Positions 54,056 to 64,000 of a stretch of 64,000 bases of DNA are shown piece by piece; positions within the stretch are counted from its first letter, which is position 1; each line of letters starts with the position of its first letter. A program made the translations under genes and the position numbers. The notes below the pieces were generated by a model. It worked only from the letters and a program-made list of their open reading frames with translations. It made no database searches and was not told where the DNA came from. The stretch comes from a virus, in the IMG/VR virus record IMGVR_UViG_3300044878_000031, positions 32,001 through 96,000 of that record, one strand, 5' to 3'.

Positions 54056-57000
54056 ATGGCTAAGGATAAAAACGAATTAGAGGATGATGACCTCGGGAGT
54101 TTTGACGATTTCGAGTTTGGTGATGATTTCGGAGATTTCGATACACCACCTGCACCCGACGATCGTAAACCCATCACTAAGGTTGCAACCTCGTTCTTAG
54201 CTGGGGCTGCCGAAGAGCTAACCGACCCAACGCGCGTCAAGAAGATGACGTTGGATGCCCTACCAAAGGGCTACGGCAAAGCGGCTGACCTGGTTGATAA
54301 CGTAGCGGCAACTGGGCGCGATCTATACCATACGACCGCCGAGGAATTGAAGCCGGTAATCCGTGACGCCAAACGCTTAGGTCGTCGCGCTTTACCGGCA
54401 GTAAAAGGCCTTCTGCCCGATCGTATCGCCAAGAAGCTGGAAGAGATCACCAAGGAAGAACCGTCCGGTCCTTCCGTCCAGCAGACTCGTGATTCTCAGA
54501 TGCAGTCTGAGGTGTCTGACATCTTCAAACTCCAAATGGAGAATGATGCTCAGGCTCGGGAAGAGGACAACATCGAGAAGCAGTCTCAGCGCAAGCAAGA
54601 CACTGCACGCTTCAAGACCGAACTGCAAACCCTGAACTCGATCCTTTCGGGGATCAATCGTCAGGTAGCTTACCAAGATCAGATTGCGTCGAAGTACCAA
54701 CGCAAACACTTGGAGCTGGAATACCTCCAGTACTTTACTCTCCGCGACACCTTTGAGTTGCACAAGGCTTCTGCTAAAGAAACCAAACAACAACTCCAAG
54801 ACATCGTCAAGAACACTGGCCTCCCTGAATTCGTCAAGTCCAACTTGTCAGAGCACAGCGGTCACTTGTTCCGTGAGAAGCTGTTGAGTGCTGCCTCGTC
54901 GAAGGTGAAAGACTTCGCTGGTCAGTTCCTTGGTAAGTACAAAGACAACATCGTCAAATCCATCAAAGGGAACGTTGCTAGCTTTAAAGACTCTGCGATG
55001 CAGGGCCTGACGGCTGGCGATATGTTGTTGGATGCTCGTGAGATGCAAGCGGAGACCGGTGAGAAATCCGATCCGTACAAGTCTGGCGGGAACATGGCGG
55101 GTAAGATGCTGGGTGGTTACGCTGGCGACAAGCTGGCTAAACTCCTACGTCCTCTGTTGGAAGCCAACCCCGGCATTGCGAAGATGGGTAACAAGTTGGA
55201 ATACGGGGTGGATAACCTCCCAGCTTTGATCTCTGACTGGATGAAAGGTGACCAAGGTGAGAACACCGGTTCGCCGGGTTGGAACAAGTTCCTCCGTGCG
55301 TTCAAAGACCTGGCCCCAGTCAACGTCGTAGATAACAAAGTGGGTGAGTCGGACCTGATCAAGTCTCAGGACGCTGTACCGTTCACACACTTGGCCCGTA
55401 AGTCGCTGACTGACATTATCCCTGGATACCTCTCTCGGATTCACCACGAGTTGGCGATCATCCGTACAGGTGATCCATCTATCAAACGCTTGAGCTATGA
55501 TCTCAAAGACGGTTCGTTTGCTACGATGGACAAGATCTCTAAGAGCTTGGCTGGTAGCTTGTTTGACCAGACCAAGAACTTCGATGGTGTCAAGGACACG
55601 ACTAACAAGTTAATTGACGAACTCGAATCTAAACAGGGTGAGAAGCTTTCACCTAAACTGCGGAAGGAACTCTACGATAAGTTCATTGGCGAAGCTGCTT
55701 CAGGACAAGGCCGTTTTGACGTTAAGAAGCTGGCGGATGTAGACACGTGGTCACACCTCAGTGACGACGAGGCTCTCAAGCTTTCCTACATGTTCAGTGA
55801 TGACGTGGGGGAAGACCGACAGAACGAGATGTCGAAGCACTTCTTGAAGATCCGGGATCACGTTAACAACCCAACTGATGCGATCAAAGGAATGATCAAC
55901 TCAGGTCAGCAAGAGTCTCTTCGGGACCTCGGCTTGATTACGGGTGAAGGTGAAAACCGTGAAGTCAGCCAAGAACGCATTATTGAAATATTAAGGCAAG
56001 GGGGCTTCGGTGAACCAACTGATAGCGGAACTAATCCTCTTGGTGGCCCTCCTCACAATCCTAACAACGGTCCTAATGGTGGAAATGGTCTTGGCGGTCT
56101 TCGGACTCCCAACCCTGCTCCTAAAGGCGCTTGGAAGGATGCAGAGAAAGTAGCGACTCCGAAGAACCCGAACGAGTTCATGGAAACGATCGGGGAATAC
56201 CAGATGCTCCTCCTCGAGGACATCCGCAAAGGAATCGCGAACCCTGCTGCCTTAGCTCAATACGCAGACGCTGCTCGCAACGATCCGAAAGCAAGTGAGG
56301 AAGAGTGCACTTGTGTTGACAAGATGATCGAAGCCTACAACGCCGGTAACGAGCAACTGGTGAAACAGCTCAGTGCAATGTACGAGGTGTTAATCTCCGG
56401 TCAGCTCCAAACCATGTCGATGAACATCCCGTTCGACCCTGAGAAATTGGGGATGCGTACGTTGGGTGGACATCTGGGTGCTGGATTAGGGAAGTTGAAG
56501 GGTGCTGGCAAGTGGGGCTTTGGTAAAGTCTCTAGCTTCTACAAAGGAGCTATTGGTCTCCAAGGCAAGATCATCAAGGGTGGCTTCAAAGGAGCATGGG
56601 CTGGCGCTAAAGGTGCTGGTAACCTACTCTTCGGTAAAGCCAAAGACAAGCTCAACGAATGGGGCGACGTCTACATCAAAGGTCATGCTCGTCCGATCTT
56701 GACGTGGGCTCAACTCAAAGCGGGTGAGTACCTCAACGAAGACGGCACTCCTATTACGTCATGGAAAGACGTTAAGGGTCCGGTTAAGAACAAAGCGGGT
56801 CAGTACATCCTCACAGCCGAACAGTTCGCTCAAGGTCTGGTAGATGAACAAGCCCGTCCGATGTTCACCAAGCTGCTCGACTTCGGGAAGAACTTCGCTT
56901 CTCGAGTCACTGGTTTCATCACCTCTCCTTTCAAAGCGATTAAATCCGCAATGAAGAACACGTGGAACATGGCGAAGAATATCGTCGAACGTCCACGTGA

Positions 57001-60000
57001 CATGTACATCCCCGGTAACCCTGTGCCAGTGCTGTTGGCTTCTGTCATGGCCGCTGGTGGTTATCGTAACGCTGATGGTTCTCCGATCCTTAAATGGACG
57101 GACATCAAAGGCACGGTGTACGACCTGGAGAACAACGTAGTGGTTTCTCTGGAAACCATGCGTCAAGGGTTGGTGGACATCGCAGGTAAGAAACTCCAGA
57201 CACTCAAGGGTGCTATCTGGGGCGGTGTTAAGTCTCTGGTCGGTGGTGCATTCAGCATGGGTCGTAAAGTGCTGGGTAGTGCCAAGTCGATGCTAGGCAA
57301 AGGCATCGGTGCGTTGAAGAAGGGTGCCTCTGGTCTGATGGGAATGGCCAAAGGTAAACTCAAAGGCATGAAGATGCCTGGGTTCGGTGGTAGCTCCGAG
57401 ATGATGGAAGTCATCGGTGAGTACCAGATCCTGTTACTCGAAGAGATTCGAGACGGTATCCGTGACCTCAAACCTCGGACTGTTCGCGGTGACGTGGATG
57501 GTGACGGTGTACGGGAAGGTTCATCGGCGTTCTTGAGTGCACGTCGCAAGAAGACTCGTGAGGAACGGGAAGCCAAACAGAAGGCCAAGGACGACGAACG
57601 CAAAGGGAAACAACCAGAGAAGAAAAGCGGTCTGATGGGCATCTTGATGTCCATGGCGGGTATGTTGGGAGCGATCCCAGTAGCTCTGCAAAAGATGGCA
57701 ACTGCTCTGAGTATCAAGAAGGCGGCTGGCTTAGCAGGTGATCTGTTAGGTTCCGCTGGTGACATGGCTGGTCGTGGTCGTCGGGGTGGTGCCCTGCGTA
57801 CCGGTGGTCGTCTGTTGGGTCGTGCGGCAATGGGTGCTGGTCGCTTAGCGATGGGCGTCGGTCGTTTCGCACTGGGTGGTACTGGTACGTTGATTCGTGG
57901 TGCTTGGGCGTTAGGCTCTGCTGCGATTGGTGTGCTCGGTGCTCCGATTGTTCTGGGTGCTGCTGCTGTAGCTGCTGTAGGCTATCTGGCTTACAAAGGT
58001 TACAAGGCGTACAAGAAGTCACAGAACTCTGACCTGCTCAAGTACCGTATTGCACAGTACGGTATCGACATCGAAGACGAAGACCAAGCTGGCAAGATTT
58101 TCGAGTTAGAAGCTATCGTTGCTCCGGCAGTGAAGTTCAACTCTACCCAGCCAAAAATCGAATGGAAAGAGATCAAGGTCGAACGCATCAAGGAACTGTT
58201 CGGTCTGAAGGATGACGACAAAGAAGGCATTGATCGCTTCGGTCGTTGGTTCGAAACTCGTTTCGGTCCAGTCCTGATCTCTCACTTGAAAATGCTCCAG
58301 AAGTATTCAACCAGCACCAAGCTGGAAGAAGCTGACGAAGCGGTGAAGATTGAAGACAAACTGAAGTTCTTGGAAGGCGTGCAAGTTGACGACCCTGAAA
58401 AGACTTACGGTGATCTGACGTCTCCGTTCGATGAAGACAATCTGAAACTCGATGCTGAAGGAGTGAAGAAAGTCTACGACGCTGTGGTTGCTCACATTAA
58501 GGAGAACCTCCCTGAGAAGGGTAAAGGTACTGCTGAAGAACCGAAGACTGCGGCTAAGGATGCTGCTGCCTCTGTTGCTGCTGCGGGAGCTGCTGCCGCT
58601 ACAATGAAACAGAAAGGCTTCATGGATGGAGTCAAAGACGCCCTAGCTAATACTTGGGTGGCTAAAACTGGTGGCATGATTGCTGCTGGTGCTTCGGCAA
58701 TCTTTGGGGTGTTGGCTAAACCTTACGTGGGTATGTTCAACTGGATCAAAGAGAAGATCTTTGGTAAGGACTTCAAAGTTCCGTCTATCCTCAATCGAGA
58801 GATTGACCCGTTAACCAGTATTCGTTACCGGTTGTACGGTGTGCACTCGATGGAGTACGCTCGTGTTTCTCCGATCTCCAAATTGGAAGAGGTGGTCATT
58901 GAAGACATCTCCTACAACGGACAGAAGAAAGCACAATTTGACGGTGACGCAGAGGACGTGTGGAAAGAAGTAGCGGGGATGTTTACCACTACTCCAGACT
59001 CCGAAGAAGTCATGAAACGTTGGACAGATTGGTTCAGTAACCGTTTCCTCCCGGTGCTGATCAATTACCTCACCGCTGTTCGCAGCTTCAAGAACAACGG
59101 TAACCCGTTCGAAGCTTACGACATGCTCCGTGCCTCTCAGAGTTTGGAGGTTGCTCGGTTCATGAACTCGGCTAACGCTGAGGAAGACACTAAGTCTGAG
59201 AACAACCGTTCTGTTTGGGGAGTCTCAACCTCTCCGTTCGATGACTATCCGCTCAACACGGATGCCAAGTCTATTGAACCGTTCATGTCTGTCTTGCAGC
59301 AGGATGCTAACCAAGAGATTCTGAACGAGAAAGTCAAAACAGGACAGGCTGCTAAGACGCAGTCAATGGTCAACAAGGCATTGGGTACTAACGGTTCTAA
59401 CGGACCGGTTGGTATGATGGCAATGGATCGTGGTAACGCTGTTCGGTCTGGTGGTAGCAGTGCATTGTTGAAAGCAATGTACGGTTCGATGCAGACGGCT
59501 GGTGGAGACGCCGGTTACATGAACGGTGGTCTGGCGGTGGAACACCCAGGTAACGGGACTGGCGGTAGTGTCAATGACCTGCCAAAGATCACCGGTGCTG
59601 ATGGTCAGTACTCTTCCTACAAAGACATGATCGTTGCTGTATCGAAGATGGTGGGTGTCGATCCTGGATTGATGGCTACCATGGCAGCCTTGGAGTCTAA
59701 CTTCCAAGGGTCGGTTAAAGCCTCCTCGTCGTCAGCGTCTGGTCTCTACCAGTTCATTGACGCTACGTGGAAAACGATGTTAGGTAAGTACGGTGCGAAG
59801 TATGGACTCGATCCTAACACACCTCCAACTGATCCTCGTGCTAACGCCTTGATTGGTGCAGAGTACATCCGGGAGAACGCGGAGAAGTTAGAGAAAGGTC
59901 TCGGTCGCAAACCTACGGACACTGACATCTACTTGGCACACTTCTTGGGTCCTAACGGGGCTCTGAAGTTCCTGTCGAGTAATGGCTCGGCTAACGCTGC

Positions 60001-61390
60001 TACGATCATGCCGAAAGCCGCTAACGCTAACAAGTCGATCTTCTTTGCTGACGGACGTCCTCGGACCATCAGTCAGGTTTACGCAGAGATTGACCGTCGT
60101 GTTAAAGTCAAGCGTGACATGTACGCTGGTGATGCTCGTTCGGCTATGGGCATGGCTCCGGGTACTGCCAACACACCAACTCCTGCTATCCCAGGGGTAA
60201 CTGCAAGTGCTGGTCTGGGGATGTCGGCTGCGGCCAATGATCCAGGTACTGCTAGCGGTGGTGGTGCTAGTGTGCCTTCGATGGGTACTGGTACTGTTGG
60301 TATCATGGCTCCTTCTAGTGCTCCGTCTCCTTCGGGTGGTGGTTCGTCTAAAGGGCCAATCGGGATCATGGCACCGGCTGCTAACCAAGGGCCTGTGAGT
60401 GCGTCACAGCAAGCTTTGGCAACCAACCCGAATCTGAGTTCAGCAGAATCCGCAGGCAACGCTACCCTGCAACGTGAGAAGTCAACAGACGGTGGTACAT
60501 TCGGTAAGCTCACGCTGCCAGATGGCACTACGTTCAACACCTTGGAATTACCATGGCGTAACAATGAGTCTGGTAAGTCCTGCATCCCTCCAGGGACGTA
60601 CAAAGTCGAGACGCGGAACTCTCCGAAGTTCGGTCCTGGCACGTACGAGGTGAAAGGTGTACCTGGTCGTACTGCGATCCTGATCCACTCCGGGAACTAC
60701 GCCGGTAATGTGGATAAAGGTCAAAAGTCGAACGTCGAAGGTTGCATCTTGTTGGGCTTCTCTCGCTCAACGCAATCTGGTCAGCCGATGATTCAAGAAT
60801 CACGGGCAGCCATGCAAGCGTTCACAGAGAAGATGGCCGGGAGACCGTTCGTCCTAACTGTGGTCAGTGCGGAAGGTGACACCGTTGCTCCGGCAGCACC
60901 AGCTAGCAATACTGGGGTGTCTCCGTTGGCGCAGTCGGTTGGTGCAACAATGCCAACCACCACTACGCCATCCACGTCGGCTCCTACGCCGTACGTTGCA
61001 CCGGTGAGTCAGAGCGTCGCTGGACCGAACTACTCGGGTGGCGGTGGAGAACCTTCACTGGGTGCTCCTGAAGCAACACTGCTTCGTAAACAACAGGCGG
61101 AACGTGAAGCACAAGCGACTCAGCTCCAGAGCATGAACGCTGATGCAACACTGAACCAAAACGTTGGGTCTATTACAGACTGGCTGAGCAAGCAGTTGGA
61201 AGTGCAAGAGAAGATGGCTGCGTCGTTGGAAAGCATCGACAAGAACATCGCAGGACTGGCTACTGGGGAAGCAGCGAAAGCCGCAGAACCTGCTAAGCCG
61301 GAAGCGCCAGCACCTACCAACCGTGGAGCACGCCCTGCTGAAGTAGCTGTACGCACTACTCCGATTAGCATGAAACGGATGAGGGCATAA
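54056..61390 (+). CDS. Large tail protein / tape measure with lytic transglycosylase (phiKZ gp181-like) and DUF5675-like domain
   Basis: 2444 aa; SLT motifs ALES-F...ASGLYQFIDATW and YLAHFLG; TLELPW...CIPPGTY...ILIHSGN...EGCILLG near the C-terminus. Confidence 0.88.
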   Translation: MAKDKNELEDDDLGSFDDFEFGDDFGDFDTPPAPDDRKPITKVATSFLAGAAEELTDPTRVKKMTLDALPKGYGKAADLVDNVAATGRDLYHTTAEELKPVIRDAKRLGRRALPAVKGLLPDRIAKKLEEITKEEPSGPSVQQTRDSQMQSEVSDIFKLQMENDAQAREEDNIEKQSQRKQDTARFKTELQTLNSILSGINRQVAYQDQIASKYQRKHLELEYLQYFTLRDTFELHKASAKETKQQLQDIVKNTGLPEFVKSNLSEHSGHLFREKLLSAASSKVKDFAGQFLGKYKDNIVKSIKGNVASFKDSAMQGLTAGDMLLDAREMQAETGEKSDPYKSGGNMAGKMLGGYAGDKLAKLLRPLLEANPGIAKMGNKLEYGVDNLPALISDWMKGDQGENTGSPGWNKFLRAFKDLAPVNVVDNKVGESDLIKSQDAVPFTHLARKSLTDIIPGYLSRIHHELAIIRTGDPSIKRLSYDLKDGSFATMDKISKSLAGSLFDQTKNFDGVKDTTNKLIDELESKQGEKLSPKLRKELYDKFIGEAASGQGRFDVKKLADVDTWSHLSDDEALKLSYMFSDDVGEDRQNEMSKHFLKIRDHVNNPTDAIKGMINSGQQESLRDLGLITGEGENREVSQERIIEILRQGGFGEPTDSGTNPLGGPPHNPNNGPNGGNGLGGLRTPNPAPKGAWKDAEKVATPKNPNEFMETIGEYQMLLLEDIRKGIANPAALAQYADAARNDPKASEEECTCVDKMIEAYNAGNEQLVKQLSAMYEVLISGQLQTMSMNIPFDPEKLGMRTLGGHLGAGLGKLKGAGKWGFGKVSSFYKGAIGLQGKIIKGGFKGAWAGAKGAGNLLFGKAKDKLNEWGDVYIKGHARPILTWAQLKAGEYLNEDGTPITSWKDVKGPVKNKAGQYILTAEQFAQGLVDEQARPMFTKLLDFGKNFASRVTGFITSPFKAIKSAMKNTWNMAKNIVERPRDMYIPGNPVPVLLASVMAAGGYRNADGSPILKWTDIKGTVYDLENNVVVSLETMRQGLVDIAGKKLQTLKGAIWGGVKSLVGGAFSMGRKVLGSAKSMLGKGIGALKKGASGLMGMAKGKLKGMKMPGFGGSSEMMEVIGEYQILLLEEIRDGIRDLKPRTVRGDVDGDGVREGSSAFLSARRKKTREEREAKQKAKDDERKGKQPEKKSGLMGILMSMAGMLGAIPVALQKMATALSIKKAAGLAGDLLGSAGDMAGRGRRGGALRTGGRLLGRAAMGAGRLAMGVGRFALGGTGTLIRGAWALGSAAIGVLGAPIVLGAAAVAAVGYLAYKGYKAYKKSQNSDLLKYRIAQYGIDIEDEDQAGKIFELEAIVAPAVKFNSTQPKIEWKEIKVERIKELFGLKDDDKEGIDRFGRWFETRFGPVLISHLKMLQKYSTSTKLEEADEAVKIEDKLKFLEGVQVDDPEKTYGDLTSPFDEDNLKLDAEGVKKVYDAVVAHIKENLPEKGKGTAEEPKTAAKDAAASVAAAGAAAATMKQKGFMDGVKDALANTWVAKTGGMIAAGASAIFGVLAKPYVGMFNWIKEKIFGKDFKVPSILNREIDPLTSIRYRLYGVHSMEYARVSPISKLEEVVIEDISYNGQKKAQFDGDAEDVWKEVAGMFTTTPDSEEVMKRWTDWFSNRFLPVLINYLTAVRSFKNNGNPFEAYDMLRASQSLEVARFMNSANAEEDTKSENNRSVWGVSTSPFDDYPLNTDAKSIEPFMSVLQQDANQEILNEKVKTGQAAKTQSMVNKALGTNGSNGPVGMMAMDRGNAVRSGGSSALLKAMYGSMQTAGGDAGYMNGGLAVEHPGNGTGGSVNDLPKITGADGQYSSYKDMIVAVSKMVGVDPGLMATMAALESNFQGSVKASSSSASGLYQFIDATWKTMLGKYGAKYGLDPNTPPTDPRANALIGAEYIRENAEKLEKGLGRKPTDTDIYLAHFLGPNGALKFLSSNGSANAATIMPKAANANKSIFFADGRPRTISQVYAEIDRRVKVKRDMYAGDARSAMGMAPGTANTPTPAIPGVTASAGLGMSAAANDPGTASGGGASVPSMGTGTVGIMAPSSAPSPSGGGSSKGPIGIMAPAANQGPVSASQQALATNPNLSSAESAGNATLQREKSTDGGTFGKLTLPDGTTFNTLELPWRNNESGKSCIPPGTYKVETRNSPKFGPGTYEVKGVPGRTAILIHSGNYAGNVDKGQKSNVEGCILLGFSRSTQSGQPMIQESRAAMQAFTEKMAGRPFVLTVVSAEGDTVAPAAPASNTGVSPLAQSVGATMPTTTTPSTSAPTPYVAPVSQSVAGPNYSGGGGEPSLGAPEATLLRKQQAEREAQATQLQSMNADATLNQNVGSITDWLSKQLEVQEKMAASLESIDKNIAGLATGEAAKAAEPAKPEAPAPTNRGARPAEVAVRTTPISMKRMRA

Positions 61391-61433
61391 ACGGAGAGGG
61401 GGCAACCCCTCTCCTTTCTCTAGAGGTCAGACC

Positions 61434-63389
61434 ATGGCTGATGTTAAGGATACAGACTGGATCAGACAATCGTTTATGTTGCCTCGCAAGACTATTGCGA
61501 ACGCGGACTCTATCCGACGGACTCTAACTGATGCTCGGTTCAAGTTTACCGATACGACGTTAGGGGGCAACTTTGCGATTAACCCTCCACCACAGTTTAC
61601 TCGTTATGCCGACTTGGTTGTTCCAAGTTTGTACAGCAAGTCAACCGGTATGGGTCGCTACTACAGTGAGGCCATTGACGACAACGCACAATTGATCCAC
61701 ATGCGTTTTGGTGTCCCGGAGTTTAACTCCCTCACGAACTTCTTCTTCAACTTCTACAACCCACAAGCTGCTACATTGGCACGAACCGGTCGGGCTAACC
61801 CCCTGTCGTTCGCGTTGGGTAAATTGCTCGGTACGGTACTCACCCTGCCAGTCCAACTGTTTATCACAGCGGGCTCGGCACTGAACTTTTTCTTAGGTCG
61901 TCCTACGTCGAAGTACTACTACCTGAAACCAGCAATGCCTCTGTACTGGAACGCAGTGAACACCATTGCGAACGGTATCGCGGTGAACATGGGTCTCACT
62001 CCTCGTAGCTTCCAAGACGAAGAGAAGAAGTCCATGCCTGGGACTATTGAGAACCAACAAGAACAAAACAAGTACTACCACGCACTCAACCCAGAGATCT
62101 GGCACGAGTCTGGTCAGATTGACGTCTACTCGTTGGCTACCCGAGCACAGCGCTTGGCGAACAGTCAACGAGAGAAGATGGAGGAGATCCTCGAAACCCG
62201 AGAGTCTCCAGAAGCCATCCGTAACGCGATCTTGCAGTATCGTCAAACTCCTCAGTTGAACGACAACCGTATCCACAAAGACTTCGAAGCGTACCTAGCT
62301 GCTTATCAGGGCTTGAACGAACGGCAGTCGGATACTGACGATGGCTCGGCTGAGAAGACAGGCGATAAACGTGAGTACAAGAAGTCGCTGTTGGACTTCA
62401 TGGAAGCAGAACACAACGACGGTGCCCAATGGGTTACGTTCAACGTGGAGCACACTGGTACAGCAGCAGAGAGCTTTAACAGCTCGACGCGTGAATCAGA
62501 CATCTCCTCGAAACTGAACGGTCTGTCGGCTACTGGTCGTTCGGCGCGCTTCTCCACGGCGGATGGTCAAACCGGTATCAACCCACTCGATAGTGTGATG
62601 TCGATGGTGGGTAGCTTTATCGACGGTGCTCTGGAATCTGTGAAGCTCTCAGGCTTGATGGCGTTCTCGGGTATGGCGATTGCTGACATTCCAAAGATGT
62701 GGGAATCGTCGTCTGCTCAGATGCCACGGATGGACTACACCATTAAGTTGCGTACTCCATACGGGAACAAGTTCTCCCGGTTCTGTGACCTCTACGTTCC
62801 ACTGTCGATGTTACTCGCAGCAGCCTTGCCGCTGTCCACGGGTAAACAATCGTACACCAGTCCGTTCCTCGTAGAACTCTACTCTAAAGGTCGGGGTCAA
62901 ACTCGTCTGGGGATGTTGGAGTCCTTAAGTATCACTCGGGGTGCTGGTAACCTCGGTTGGACACAGGACGGTGAAGCACTCGGTATTGACGTGACGTTCT
63001 CGGTGGTGGATCTGTCTACCATCATGCACATGCCAATCAACGCAGGCTTCTCTCTCAACGATGCTGCGGCTATCGGTGTGGGTACTGCAACTGCGCTGTT
63101 AGGTGGTGGCGGTGTGAAAGCTGTAGCTGCTGGTGCTTCGATGGTGGCCGGTACTGACTTTGCTAAGGGTGTGTTTGCTGAGGACACTATGTTCTCGGAC
63201 TACCTGGCAATCCTCAGTAGTATGTCACTGACGGAACAAACGTACACCTATCAAAAGCTCAGGCTCAACCTAGCTCGACAGATGGGTTCCATGAATACGT
63301 TCTTCTCGAAGTCTCACTTCTCGAACTGGTTCATGAACACGGCTCCTGCACGACTGATCTCTGGTTTTGCAACGGGCACTGGTCTTTAG
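61434..63389 (+). CDS. Virion structural / tail protein (phiKZ gp182-like)
   Basis: 651 aa; TTLGGNFAINPPPQFTRYAD; follows the gp181-like gene. Confidence 0.75.
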   Translation: MADVKDTDWIRQSFMLPRKTIANADSIRRTLTDARFKFTDTTLGGNFAINPPPQFTRYADLVVPSLYSKSTGMGRYYSEAIDDNAQLIHMRFGVPEFNSLTNFFFNFYNPQAATLARTGRANPLSFALGKLLGTVLTLPVQLFITAGSALNFFLGRPTSKYYYLKPAMPLYWNAVNTIANGIAVNMGLTPRSFQDEEKKSMPGTIENQQEQNKYYHALNPEIWHESGQIDVYSLATRAQRLANSQREKMEEILETRESPEAIRNAILQYRQTPQLNDNRIHKDFEAYLAAYQGLNERQSDTDDGSAEKTGDKREYKKSLLDFMEAEHNDGAQWVTFNVEHTGTAAESFNSSTRESDISSKLNGLSATGRSARFSTADGQTGINPLDSVMSMVGSFIDGALESVKLSGLMAFSGMAIADIPKMWESSSAQMPRMDYTIKLRTPYGNKFSRFCDLYVPLSMLLAAALPLSTGKQSYTSPFLVELYSKGRGQTRLGMLESLSITRGAGNLGWTQDGEALGIDVTFSVVDLSTIMHMPINAGFSLNDAAAIGVGTATALLGGGGVKAVAAGASMVAGTDFAKGVFAEDTMFSDYLAILSSMSLTEQTYTYQKLRLNLARQMGSMNTFFSKSHFSNWFMNTAPARLISGFATGTGL

Positions 63390-63390
63390 A

Positions 63391-63430
63391 GACGGCATAG
63401 GGGAGGGCACTGGCCCTCCCTTTATGTCGC
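63391..63430. terminator. Bidirectional terminator
   Basis: GGGAGGGC/GCCCTCCC flanked by CGGCATAG and TTTATGTCG. Confidence 0.8.
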
Positions 63431-64000
63431 TTAGATATTGGCGAGGGGATACCACTGCTTCACCAGCGAAGACAACTGGGCGGAACGGTACTGCGGTGCA
63501 ATGAGCATCGGCAACTTGAATTGCTCCAGTTGACCTAACAGGACAGTAGCGTGTGGCGAGGCGTAGGTGAACATCTCGAGGTTGTCGATTTGCTCCCCAT
63601 TGCGATCGTACTTAGCCCAATTAGGGTTGATGTGATTTAAGACGTCTAGCAGCTCCGTGGTGCGCTCTGCGTACTGGGCCGGTGTGGTATTGTCGGCGAA
63701 CTTGTAAAACATCAGGATGCGCTTGCAGGCGTCTGGCATCGCACCTAATACACCCCCTGACGTCAGACCTTCTCCCATCAGCTTCAAAGCAGAGATATTG
63801 CTGGTCAAAACAGCAACAGGATACTTCTCACGGTAGGCGTAGTACTTAACCGAACTGTGACTGGTGGACTTCACCGCTTCATCAATCAGGTCTGTAGCAC
63901 CAGAACGAATAGCGTAGTCGATGATCGTAGAAGCCATGGCTGCTTCTGCTGCCAAGTCGAACACCGAGAACATGTCAGACTTACCCGTCAGTTCGCGAGC
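63431..64000 (-). CDS. Hypothetical / virion protein, C-terminal part (start outside the window)
   Basis: Frame stays open from the window end (ARELTGKSDMF...) to the stop at 63431. Confidence 0.7.
   Translation of the reverse strand, partial: ARELTGKSDMFSVFDLAAEAAMASTIIDYAIRSGATDLIDEAVKSTSHSSVKYYAYREKYPVAVLTSNISALKLMGEGLTSGGVLGAMPDACKRILMFYKFADNTTPAQYAERTTELLDVLNHINPNWAKYDRNGEQIDNLEMFTYASPHATVLLGQLEQFKLPMLIAPQYRSAQLSSLVKQWYPLANI

Noticed and set aside
1-64000. CRISPR array, IS/transposase, introns or inteins in RNAP, polymerase and terminase genes
   Set aside because: No regularly spaced direct repeats or transposase motifs seen; the core genes are uninterrupted and of expected size.
1-64000. 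Alternative genetic code or stop-codon reassignment
   Set aside because: Core genes are full length in the standard code, TAA, TAG and TGA all occur as stops, and no canonical suppressor tRNA is present.

Overview
This window is from a nucleus-forming, phiKZ-like jumbo phage (Chimalliviridae). Core genes recognised from motifs and gene order: non-virion RNAP beta' subunit, chimallin (nuclear shell), family-B-like DNA polymerase, PhuZ tubulin, terminase large subunit, tail sheath and tube, prohead protease, two virion RNAP subunits and a 2444-aa tail lytic transglycosylase. Six early promoters (TATATTAC core) and many hairpin terminators carrying a TTTATGCCG-like tail are visible. The most unusual part is the ~12.3-18.9 kb RNA island. 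It has seven canonical tRNAs. Interleaved with them are several tRNA-like RNAs whose D and T arms are intact but whose anticodon arms are remodelled (UUCG tetraloop, 3-nt loop, ~60-nt loop, A33). Most other spacers hold a closed-stem structured RNA, and the island is flanked by two ~550-630 nt highly structured non-coding segments. A Tad2-like anti-defence fusion and a signal-peptide thermonuclease also lie in the island. All calls were made by eye from the sequence; no searches or folding programs were run, and phiKZ gp numbers are from recalled synteny.
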